Part shown: piece after piece, positions 48,983 to 60,415 of the stretch
How positions within the stretch are numbered: position 1 is the stretch's first letter
Layout: each line of letters starts with the position of its first letter
Assembly (NCBI GenBank): GCA_024679065.1
Contig: JAGIQG010000019.1
Span: 7,316,001-7,380,000 of the forward strand
Direction: 5' to 3'
Length of the DNA stretch: 64,000 nt
Origin: Sphyrna mokarran
Lineage: Eukaryota
Notes under the pieces: generated by a model
Databases searched by the model: none
What the model saw: the letters and a program-made list of their open reading frames with translations, nothing else
Told to the model about the DNA's origin: nothing
Program-made: the position numbers and the translations under genes

Positions 48983-50214
48983 TGGATATACAATCTACCA
49001 TTTTCATCACTGGATATTATTTGACCACCTTCCATGTTATCTAAATCATCCACAAGGTTCCACAAATCATGTACACTCTAACAATCATTTGTGTCTCACC
49101 TTACTGCATTTTTGGAGAAACTACTCCTTGTTCCTTCCACTGTCTGAGATTGCTTGTCTGCATTGGATGAGCGGAAATGTCTTCCAGCTGACTTTTGGGA
49201 AGACTGAAGCCATTGCTTTTCATCCCTAATGACCAAAATTCTGAGTCTCTCTTCATATGGTGCACGTATCATCTATTTGGGTCCTGATTCCACAATCAGT
49301 AAGGATAGGCATCAACAGCTCCTTCACAATCATCCTCAACACCGGTGCTTCACAAGGCTGTTTCTCAGCCCCCTACTATACTCTTTATACAGCTATAATT
49401 GTGTGGCCAAATTCCCCTCCAATTTGATTTTAAGTTTGTTGACGACTCCACTGTAGTGGGTCGGAGCTTAAACAGTGATGAGACAGAGTACAGGAATGAG
49501 ATAGAGAATCTAGTGAACTGGTGCAGCGACAATAATCTCTCCCTCAGTGTCAACAAAACAAAGGAGATTGTCATTGCCTTCAGGAAGCATAAAGGAGAAT
49601 ATGCTCCTGTCTGCATCAATGGGGATGAAGTAAAAAGGGTCGAGAACTTCAAGTTTTTGGGTGTCCAGATCATTATCAACCTGTTCTGATTTTCCCCTGC
49701 CCCCGCCCCATTCTAATACAGGTAAGAAAGCCCAGCAATGCTTCTACTTTCTCAGAAGACTAAGGAAACTTAGTATGTTGGCTAATACTCTCACTAACCT
49801 TTACAGATGTGTGATAGAAAGCATTCTTTTCTATCACAGCTTGGTATAGCTCCTGCTCTGCCCACGACTGCAAGAAACTACAAAATGTTGTGAATGTAGC
49901 CCAATCCATCATGCAAACCAGCCTCCCACCCATTGACTCTGTCTACGCTTGTCGCTGCTTTTGTAAAAAAGTCAGCATAATTAAGGACCCGATACACTCT
50001 GGGCATACTCTCTTCTACCTTCCACCGGGAAAAGACACAAAAATCTGAGGTCACGTACCAATCGACTCAAAAACAGCTTCTTCCCTGCTGCCGTCAGACT
50101 TTTGAATGGACTTAACTCGCATTAAGTTGACCTTTCTCTGCACCCTAGCTTTGACTGTAACACTACATTTTGCACCCTCTCCTTTCCTTCTGTATGAACG
50201 GTATGCTTTGTATA

Positions 50215-53120
50215 ACGTAATTGCTTGGCGATTTCAATGCAAGAGTAGGGTGTGACTCTGCAACCTGGCAGGGAGTCATTGGGAGGCATGGAGTGGGCAA
50301 ATGTAACATTAATGGCCTACTCTTAATGAAGACCTGTGCAGCACACGACCTCCTTATCACCGACACAAACTTCCATCGGCCTACCCGTAACAAGACCTCC
50401 TGGATGCACCCCCACTCCAAGCATTGGCGTCTTATAAACTGTTATTGTCATGAGAAAAGACGGGCAGGATGTCAGACTTACCAGGGCCATGTGTGTTGCT
50501 GACTGCTGGACAGATCACAGGCTCATTGTTTCCAAAATGAGGCTCTGCATCAAGCTCAAGAGGCGACCACAAGGAAGCAAGGTTATGAAAAGAATCAATG
50601 CGGCCAAGCTAAAGAACCCCAGCAAAGTTTCAGCACCTGCTGAAGACTTAGAAATCAAACTTGCTGACCTACACCTCGCAGGCAGTGCTGAGGATGACTG
50701 GAAACGCTTCGGGGATGCTATCCATATATCTGCGCTGAAGATGCTCAGGCCCACTACCCGCAAGCAGCATGATTGTTTGATGAGAATGATGAGGAGATAC
50801 AGGCTGCACTTGTTGAAAAGCACCATCTTCATGGGGCCTGTCAGAATGACCCATCTTCAACTGCCAAGAAAAATGCTTTTACCAGTGCTCGCAGGACAGT
50901 CCAGAATAAACTGCGTAAAATGCAGGATGCCTGGCTGAGCACCAAGGCAGATGAACTACAGGGATATGCTGACAGAAATGACTTGAAATGGTTCTATGAA
51001 GCCCTCAACGCTCTCTACGGACCTCAGTCTCTCGGGCATACACCCCTTCTGAGCACAATGGTCAAACTCTCATTACAGAAGAGGCTCAAGATCCTGCAGA
51101 GATGGGCTGAACACTTTTTGAAGCTGTCCTCAACGGATCATCAACTATTAACGATGAGGCAATAGACAGGATTCCCCAAGTTGATATCAACAGTGCCACT
51201 GATGGTCCACTGATAGCTGAAGTCACGAAAGCTGTTCAGCCAGCTACCCAGTGGCAAAGCGCCTGGGGGAGATGCCATATCCACAGAGATTTATAAAGCT
51301 GCTGGTCCTGCACTTATCGAGAAGCTTACTGAGTTGTTCCAGATGTTTTGGAAGCAAGGATCCATTCCTCAGGAACTTAAAGATGCTTCCATCGTACACC
51401 TCTACAAGAGGAAGGGCAATCAGCAAGTATGCAACAACCGCCGAGGAATCTTGCTACTCTCCACCACAAGAAAAACCCTTGCAAGAGGCCTGCTAAATTA
51501 TCTGGTCACTCTTCTGGAGCTGGGCCTGCTTCCAGAGTCACACTGTGGCTTCCGCAAAGGTAGTGGAACTACTGACGTGATTTTTGCTGCATGCCAACTC
51601 CAGGAAAAGTGTCAGGAGCAGAATCACGAGCTCTACACAACCTTTGTTGGCCTCGCGAAAGCCTTCAATGCTGAAAGCCGACAAGGTCTATGGAGGATCA
51701 TGTCAAAATTCGGCTGCCTTCCCACATTCGTTCAGGTAGTACGCTGGTTCCATGATGGCTAGAGTACTGGATGGCGGAGAATCCTCTGAGGCATTCCAGT
51801 CACCAGTGGCATCAAACAGGGCTTGCACCCACCCTGTTCAGCATGATGTTTACTGCCATGCTGAATGATGTCTTCCAGGACAGTGTTGCTGGAATCAGTC
51901 TCAAATACAGAGTGGATGAGAAGCTCTTCAACCTGAGGAGACTTCAAGCTATTACCAAAGTGAAAGAGACTGTTCTGAGAGATTTCCTGTTTGCCGATAA
52001 CTGCCCTCTGTATGCTGGCTCAGATGTGGAGATGCCGGTGTTGGACTGGGGTAAACACATTAAGAAGTCTCACAACACCAGATTAAAGTCCAACCAGTTT
52101 ATTTGATAGTAAACCCACAAGCTTTCCAGATTTGACCCTTCGTCAGGTGAGTGGAGAGTTCTGGCTCAGAGCCAGAATTGCAAGTCAGTATGGACGAATT
52201 ATCCACGGCTTGTGACAACTTTGGACTCACCATCAACATTAAAAGGACCAAAGTCATGCATCAGCCTGCTCCTCGTGCACCGTACCCAGAACCCATAATC
52301 AAAGGGCAGAAACTACAGGCAGTGGACCAGTTCACTTATCTCAGCAGCATCCTCTCCCAAGCAGTGACCATTGATATAGAAGTTAACTGCAAAAGAGCAA
52401 AGGCAAGTTCTGCTTTCAGTAGACTGCGCTCCACTATATGCGAACGTTGAGGAATCAGCTCAGCAACAAAACCGAAAGTCGACAGCACTACGGTACTCAC
52501 TACCTTCCTGTGTGCCTGTGAAATGTGGACTGCATATCGAAGGCATGCAAGCCAACTCAATCATTTCTACGTGACTTGTTCTTCGCATCCGTTTGCAAGA
52601 CAAAAAGTACCAGACACTGAAGCTCTCTCTAGAGCAAGTCTACCATCAATCCACACATTGCTGATGAGAGCTCAGACCCGATGGACAGTCATGTCACCTG
52701 CATGTCAAACGAGCACATATCCAAGTAGCTCCTTATGGGGGAACTCTCTGCTGGAAGACGCTCACATGGAGGTCAGAAGAAATGTTTCAGAGACATACTT
52801 GAGGCCTCCCTGAAGTCACTTGACAATGACACACCACCTGGGAAATGCTGGCACAAAACCGCCCCACCTGGTGCTGCCTCATCCACAAAGGCTGTCAAGC
52901 TCATGAAGCAAGGTGTATTGCTGAAGCACAACTTAAGTACGAGCTGCGCAAGTCCAGAGCCACTAGCGCAACAACTACAGTGTCTACACAAATCTGTCCA
53001 ACGTGTGCCAGTACATTCCGTGCCTAAATTGGCTTGATCAGTCATCTTTGGACACACCGCAACCAGCCTCAAAATGACTAATGATGTCGAGGTCCTCATC
53101 GATGACTGTGGACAAACGAC
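50215..53120 (+). mobile_element. RTE-clade (BovB-like) LINE, 5'-truncated within the APE domain, multiple frameshifts
   Basis: LGDFNARVG, TSWMHPHSKHW, CWTDHRL (APE); PQELKDASIVHLYKRKG, LPESHCGFR, QEKCQEQN, SGIKQG, LFADN, QFTYLSS (RT); C-terminal CPTC..C2H2-like motif. Flanked by a 50-bp direct duplication. Confidence 0.92.
52024..52160 (-). mobile_element. Penelope-like terminal fragment with minimal hammerhead core, inserted into the RTE RT
   Basis: TSD ctggctcag(a) at 52015-52024 and 52161-52170. Minus strand CTCAC CTGACGA agggtcaaatctg GAAA GC TT GTGGG. Confidence 0.85.
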
Positions 53121-54377
53121 ACATTTTGCACCCTCTCCCTTCCTTCTGTATGAACGGTATGCTTTGTATAGCACACAAGAAACAATACTTTTCACTGTGC
53201 TAATACATGTGACAATAAATCAAAATCACATACATGAGTAAACCCAGACGACGTTGTCTAGAGATTCAAGAAGGTGTCTCATCACCACCTTGTTAAGGGC
53301 AATTACGGATGGACAATGAACACTGGCCTAGCCAGCAATGCCCACATCCAGTGACAAAATAGAAACAAAGGTGGATTTTGCAGACTGGACTGTGCACATA
53401 TCATCTTCTGGGTCCTGATTCCATTATCAGGGTTACAGCGGTCTGGTTTTATCTTTTAAGGATGCTGCACCACTGGTCGAAAGTACACGGAGCTGATGTT
53501 TTTCTTCCTTGAATGTAGGATTAACATAGAAGCTGAATTATCACAAGCAAATTTTTAATTTTTTTAGCCTTTTAAAAATTGTGTTTTTGTTGCAATGGAG
53601 ACATTGATATTCTGCAAACATAAAATTGATTCTCAATTCAGCAGTAGTTACAAACTTAGTAAACTGTTAACTTTGTTACATCTCATTCAGCAAGGTAATT
53701 TTTCAAAGATTTTTGCACTGGAGCAAATAGCATAGAAGTTGAGGTTTGTGCCAATTCAGCTGATATTCTAATGATGTCTGTTTGCGGAAACTTCATCACA
53801 CAATGGTGAGGAGCAGGAAATCTCTCTCAGCAGCTTCTGGTTTCCATGTTCAACTCTGCATGTGTGGCTGTCAAGAGTTGCTGTAAGTTTTACAGTTGTA
53901 ATGAGGACAAACACTGACAATTTCACTGTTACTGCAATGGCAAAATCTGGGCCTGTCTATTTCTACTTTAACCAGAGCCTTTCTTCCCTCAGTGAGAAAA
54001 GACCCTTTTCCTGAAAGGAAGACTTGTGAACCAAACTTAATTTATGCCTTTCCTTGTTTTTGTACTGTATTTTGAAACAATTTTGTTTTAAGTATCTACG
54101 CATTTGTTAGAGTATGAAGAGGCAGCTGTAGTAAATTGTGAATGAGGTAGTCGTGTAGTTTTAACTAAGCTGCAAGCCTGTTTATGGCCATGTATTTTTT
54201 AAAAAATGATTAGTTAAATAAATGCCGTAGTTAGGCTGTGAATAAGAAAGTAGGCTTTTAATTTTAAACTTAATGCTAAACACTCAAGTACGACCCAACT
54301 TCTGAAAACAGAGTTGACAAGTATTTCTCAGGGCAAAGCTGAGGGAAATGTGCAGGAGAAAGATGGTTCATTTTGTG

Positions 54378-54396
54378 TACCCACTAGGGGGCAATG
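54378..54396 (+). promoter_or_regulatory. Candidate CTCF site
   Basis: CCACTAGGGGGCA at 54381-54393 matches the CTCF core consensus. Motif only. Confidence 0.45.
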
Positions 54397-54928
54397 TCAT
54401 CATTGCATATGGGTAGGTGTATTATGCAAGTATCTAATTGAGAGGTGGTGTCCAGTTCACATCAGTTTGCTTTCTCAATACTGCTAGGAAGCCTTTCTGC
54501 CAGTGTTACCTTTGATCAACAGTATGTTGCTTGAAATAAGCTGAAACACCCAAAGTAGTAACCATTTTTGATAAATAGAAAATGCCACCCACTACCTTTC
54601 TGCTGATATTTCCTTCGATAGGCAGTTTCTTGCCAGCAATTAGTTGAAACATCCAAAGGACTAAGTTTTTTTTTTAATTAAATGGGAAATGCTCAGTGCC
54701 TTATTTTAAGTCAGTACGTAGAAAGGTGTTTTTTAATTGATTGCATCAGCTTCTGAAAGTTTTCATTGATTATTTGTGTATTTTGTGTATGTGTTCATTT
54801 TGCCAAATGTATATCTAATTTGTTTTGCTTTCATATGACTTTCCATGCAGCATTCTCTTCACCTTCTGTACGTGATCTTCTGAATCTCCAACTTCTTTTT
54901 CATCTATTTTTCTGCTACCTTTCTACAG

Positions 54929-55132
54929 CTGCACCTTCCCCCGAGAGGCCTAGGATTTTCCTCTTCCCCAGTTCCCCTCCTTTCTCCTCCAGTTCCCCCC
55001 GTCATAAAAGTACACAACTCCTTCGTTCGGCGGCTCTGCACAGCCTTACCCCTCCTCACTCTGGCCATGTGAGCCCAGTCTGTCTGAGGAAGTCTGTGTC
55101 TTTCAATGAAGAGTTGCTTCTAACTGCCTCTG
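54929..55132 (+). CDS. C2CD5: Candidate C2CD5 cassette exon (204 nt, symmetric phase 1), Ser/Pro-rich
   Basis: tttctacag|(A)APSPERPRIFLFPSSPPFSSSSPRHKSTQLLRSAALHSLTPPHSGHVSPVCLRKSVSFNEELLLTAS G|gtagga. Open in the required frame, length a multiple of 3, strong acceptor. Confidence 0.7.
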
Positions 55133-57174
55133 GTAGGATTGATTAACGTAAACAAAAGTACTAATTTTTACAAAATCTGTTTGCTCAGAACCTAAAACTT
55201 TTGTGCTTGCATTGCATTAAAGCAAACAGTAAGACTGCACTGTGCCTGAACTAAGGAAAAAAAATGCAAAAATGGAAATTGTTCTGACTTTAATTGGCAA
55301 ATGAGTGAGACATTATTCAAGAAAAACAAATCAAACTAATGTACATTTCTGTAAATGACAAATTTAAACTTTTTTTTTGCTCTGCACTTAACAGTTTCTA
55401 GTGATCCATAAATTCACAACTTACCTACAATATTGCCCTAGTTAAATGTTTTGTATCATTGAAATTGCCAATGGGGATGAAATGGCGTTGGGGGGAGTAA
55501 GTTATGAAGAAGAGAATCGTGGTTACTGGGAACCGCCTCATTCATTCATCACATTTACATAGTTCATAAAATATCTGTGTTGTTGAGTGTTCTGGGTTGC
55601 TGTGTGCGGTCTAGTGCTTACTTTACTCATTTGTGAATTGTTAATTTGATTATGCACTTTCTGTTGATCCAGTTCTGCCTGATCGTCTGAAAACTATGTT
55701 TCCTTTCGTGACTTTTAAGTAATGTGTTTTAATTCTGTATTGTCCTTTCTTCAGTACAACCTCGCATGAGCTCATTTTTCTCTTGTGAAAAGGAGTTATA
55801 AAATTGTGTGCACTGTTGCTTTGTACTGTTTATTCCTTTAAAGAAAATTAGCTTATGTGAATCAAAGGCCCATACAGAAGTATTGGTAAGTCTGCACTGT
55901 TTCCTTATCAAAGGCATAACTAAAACATTTAGAGCTAGGCTTTTCTTTTAAATTCTATTTATCTTTATAATATAAAAATTACTTTATGAAAGTGGATATT
56001 ACAGAAAATAATTTCAGTACAATAAAATCATTTCAAAAATAACAGCACACAAAAGCACAGATTTTGCATAAAGTTTGTCAGGACCAAGTCTAATTTTGAG
56101 TGAAACAGGGTTAGAGGGACTGTTGGACCAGAATCCACAGCTCTCATTTTAAAGAGTCCATGTTTTTATATTTCCATTTAAATTCCCATGGCCGTAGTTG
56201 CAGCGGAAACTAGATTTATGAAATTGTTACACCATAATTACATCTTCCTACCAGTAATGCCATACGCTGGGATTGAATGTAGTTGCAGTGTGCCAAATTT
56301 ACATAAACAGTTTCCACTATAAATGTATGTAGGGACTCAGGAAGATTTTGCGGGTGTATTTTAATATTCAGGCAGACAACCTCACATATAGAAGCAGAAT
56401 GTAGGTAATACATTGGGTTGTAAATTTATTATAATGAGAGTTATTTGAAGTGATTCTAAGTAAGCACTTCTGTGAGTGTGGTTCTTAATTCAGTTTAAGT
56501 ATTGAGTAAGAATCCAAATATAACAGACTAATAGCGAACGTTTTATGTTTGGAGCTCTTTAAATATACTTGTCTCCACTCTTGAGTGACAGGGAGTTAGA
56601 AGCAAAAACATAACAAAGTTTGAATTTGCCACTCCTTTCATAATTCAACTGCACGACTGTTTTTCCCATTTTCTGGACGCTCGCTACCGGTTTGTTGCAG
56701 TCGTGAGTAATGAGTCTGAGAGGTGTGGGGGCTGGGACTTCTGTCATTTCTAGATTTTGGAGCTCTGAACTGGAGAGGTTACGATGTAATTGGTATGCAG
56801 TTGAAAGTGTATTTTGATGTTTTAGATTACATAAAACTTAACAGTTAAAAAGAGAAGGCAGAACATACTGAGCCAATGAAGTTAGTGAATGAAGAAATAG
56901 TAAAATAGTGGAAAAAAAACCCTGAAAAATGATTGGTAATCTGAGATATTTAAAAAAAAAAATCAAAAGGTATAGAAGGTAGAATACAGAAAAGATAGAT
57001 GTATTGTTTTGAGAGCCAGCCCCTGTTCAAGCAAGATAAACATCTGGTCAATTTTCTTGATAATCACTTTGACGCTTTGGTGTTGGAAAGTATGGCTTTG
57101 TGATGATTCATTTTCTTGATTTACTGCTGTGTATTGTGTTCCATTCATAACGCACCTGCCTGATAATCTCTTAG

Positions 57175-57260
57175 GTATGGGAAGTGGGAGCGGTGGGAAA
57201 GATGGAGGTCCACTGAAAACACTCTATCGGCAGCAAACACAATCTGCTTTTGAGCACAGG
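57175..57260 (+). CDS. C2CD5: C2CD5 coding exon (86 nt)
   Basis: ctcttag|(G)MGSGSGGKDGGPLKTLYRQQTQSAFEHR|gtaagc; similar to recalled GMGSGSAGKEGGPFKALLRQQTQSALEQR. Confidence 0.93.
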
Positions 57261-57384
57261 GTAAGCATTCAGAGTGGCTTTTACTGTCTGTAATTGGTTA
57301 CTGTGTAGACTTCATTTTTGAAGAATCATGGCATTTTTCATACACCTTTCTCAAGATTCAGAGATATAACTTTTCTGTCTTTTT

Positions 57385-60240
57385 AAATAGAAATGGAATG
57401 CCAAATCTGTGCATCAAACTTTATCTGCCACTTGTCCACCCATTTCACCAATCTCAGTTCTTTTGAAGTTTTACACTGTCCTCACAGTTCACAATACTTC
57501 TAAGTTTCATGTCATTTGCAGATTTTAAAATTGGGCCCAACACATGAAAGTCTAGGTCATTAATATATATCAGGAAGAGCCAGAGTCCTAATACCAACTC
57601 ACTATAAGACCATAATCACCACCCTCTGGCTGAAGAAACTCCTCACCTCAGTTTTAAAGGAGCACCCCTTCATTCTGAGGTTGTGCCCTCAAGTTCTAAT
57701 CTCTGAAAGTAATGAAAGCATCCTCTCCATGTCCACTCTATCTAAGCCTCTCAATATTCTGTAAGTTTCAATTAGATCCCCCTGATCCTTCTAAACTCCA
57801 TCGAGTATAGACCCAAATTCCTTAATCATTCCTTATATGACAAACCCTCCATTCCTGGGATCACTCTTGTGAAGTGCCTTCGAAAAAATGATCATTTCCT
57901 GTCACTCAGTCAATTTTGTATTCAAGTTGCTGTTGTCCTTTTTAATTCCATGAGCTCTAATTTTGCTTTCAAGTCTGTTGTATGATTCTTTATCGAATGC
58001 TTTTTGGAGTTCATATGCACCAGCATTGCCCTCATAAACTCTCTCTATTGCTTCATCAAAAAACTATGATTTATCCATAACATTTTTTGTTGGTGTTCTT
58101 GAATTAATCTGCATTTGCTCAAGAGACCATTAATTTACTTCCAGATTATTGAGCCAGATGATGAGCCTGTGATCTTGGACCACACCGGTTTCATATGTGA
58201 CCTGGCAATTGTCCTTTTGCTTTGCTAATAGTTTGCCTTTGTATACTAATTGAGAGGAGAGAATTGACAATCATAGGGTGCTCTTTCTTGGAGAGATTTG
58301 AATTATTTTTTAACTCCTCCAATTTAGACCTCTAATTTTTATCCCTCACCTCATGTTACTTTGCTGCTAACTGATAATAAATCCCCTTATTCTGGAGTGA
58401 AAACGTATCGAGCAGTTGCTCGACCATCAAAACATATGCATTGTGTGTGTGGGAGATAGTGATGAATGACCTGCCACACCATTCTTGGGAACAGCTGGTG
58501 ATATCTCGTTGTGCATCACTTTTTCCCTTTTCAACTGGTGTAGAGTATGTTCTGCTGTAGTCTATTTGCTAATACCAATTTTTTTTCAGTCCAGGTAATT
58601 TGAATTGCTTGAACAGATATATTTAAATAAATATGATGTAATTTTATTTCCTATTGGATTCTGTTTGAAAAGGACTAAACTAATAGGTGTACATATTCTA
58701 AAATCCTAATGAGTGGTTGATTGCTAAAGGATTCTAACTTGCTTTGTACAATTGAAGTATTAGGAATTGCTATCGCTAAGTTTATTTCAGCGCATTAGAT
58801 ATTTTGTAATGGTTACTTCATGTAACCATAGTGGCTCAAATTTAAAATTATTGTATGAATATCTAATGTAACCACTTTTTAACCATCACGTGTCATGCCG
58901 GTTTCGTTTGAACATACAGACAAGGAATAGGCCATTCAACTCTTCCAGCTTGCTCTGCCATTTAATATGTTGATGGATGATCTGATAGTAACCTCAATCC
59001 TGTGTATGCCAGATAACTTATCAAGTTATTCTTGTGCTTATCAAGAATCAGTCTATTTTGGCTTAAAAAATACTCAGAGACCCTGCTTCTATTGCTTTTT
59101 CAGGAAGAGTTCCAAAGACTCGTGAACCTCTGAATGAAAAAGAAAGGCCTCATCTCCATTTTAAATGGATCATCCCTTATTCTTAACAAGTGATCCAGTT
59201 CTCGATTCTACTACAAGAGAATATCCTCTCACACATCCACCCTGTTAAGATCCTTCAGGATCTTGTATGCTTCAATCCAGTTGGCTCTTACTCTGATAAA
59301 CTCCAGTGGATGCAAGCTTAGCCTGTCCAAATGGAGGGGTCATCCATAAGATGACCCCTCCATTCTAGATATTAATCTGGTAAAGCTTCTTTATACTGAC
59401 TTCACATTTACATCTTTCTGCAAATAAGGTGACCAATACTGTACTCTGTACTCCAGATGTGGTCAAACAAGTGCCCAGTTCAGCTGAAGCATAATCTGCA
59501 GTTCAATTCTCAAATTTGTTTTGCACTGCTAAATTTTGATTTGTAGATGGACATAATTGCATAGTATAGAAACAGTCATGCTGCCCAATTAGTTCATGCT
59601 AATAGTTATATTACCAAAGAAGGCACTCCATGTGTTCCATTCTATCTCGTCTTTTCAGCATTTATATCTATTTGTTTCTACCCTCAGCTACTCACCATTT
59701 TTTTAATGAAAGCATTCAAGCTATTCCCATCAACCATTTTCTGTTGGAGCAAATTTCACATGTTGACCAGAGTCTGAGCAAGAATATTCCTCTTTACTTC
59801 GCTATTGGTTGTATTAGTAGTTGCCTTCAACTTGTGGCCCCAATTTTTGGATTTTCCCACAAGTAGAAACATTCCCTTCACACCTACTCTATCCCACCTG
59901 TTCATAATTTTAAAACTCTCTTTAAGATCATGTCCAAGTCTTCTCTTTGCAAAGAATGATTTTTTTTTTAAACTTGTTCAATCTTTCCTGATAACTCTAA
60001 TCTTTCACTTTTGGTACTATCCAAGTAATTTTTTTGCAGTTCTTTTTCAGCATTTCTAAATCATTTTTGTAGGTGACCAGAACTGCACATAATACTTCTT
60101 AAGTGTGACTTGACCAGGGTCGTCTGTGGGTCCAACAAAACTTCACTACTTTTTAATTCTACGCTGCTAGAAACAAATCCCAGAAGTTTGTTAGAATTGT
60201 TAATTGCTTTGACTTGTTTGTATGTACCAGGTTTTGCATG
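57385..60240 (-). mobile_element. Several decayed CR1 fragments (~57385-58160, ~58915-59510, ~59560-60240)
   Basis: Reverse CR1 signatures: agatcccc..atccttctaaactcca, gaccaatactgtac..tactccagatgtggtc, gaccagaactgcaca, ggaataggccattcaac. Confidence 0.7.
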
Positions 60241-60306
60241 GAAGTGTGATGATTATATTTCATTTTGCAAGTAGGTTTACTATTTCAACTTTTTCTCTCT
60301 GCATAG

Positions 60307-60415
60307 GAATTCCCCTTCTTCACCCTTACAACTTTCCCACCTGGGTTTCTTGTTCATGTTGGTGGTGTAGTCAGTGCAAGATCTGTGAAGCTGTTGGACC
60401 GAATCCACAACCCTG
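60307..60415 (+). CDS. C2CD5: C2CD5 coding exon (109 nt)
   Basis: ctgcatag|EFPFFTLTTFPPGFLVHVGGVVSARSVKLLDRIHNP G|gtaagt. Confidence 0.95.

Larger units (their letters stand above)
49280..53228 (+). mobile_element. Rex/Babar-type LINE (49280-50214, tail resumes 53121-53228), split by an RTE insertion
   Basis: LSPLLYSLY, KFVDDSTVVG, WCSDNNLSLSVNKTKE, KKAQQCFYFLRRLRK; tail gtgacaataaatcaaaatc. Confidence 0.88.
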
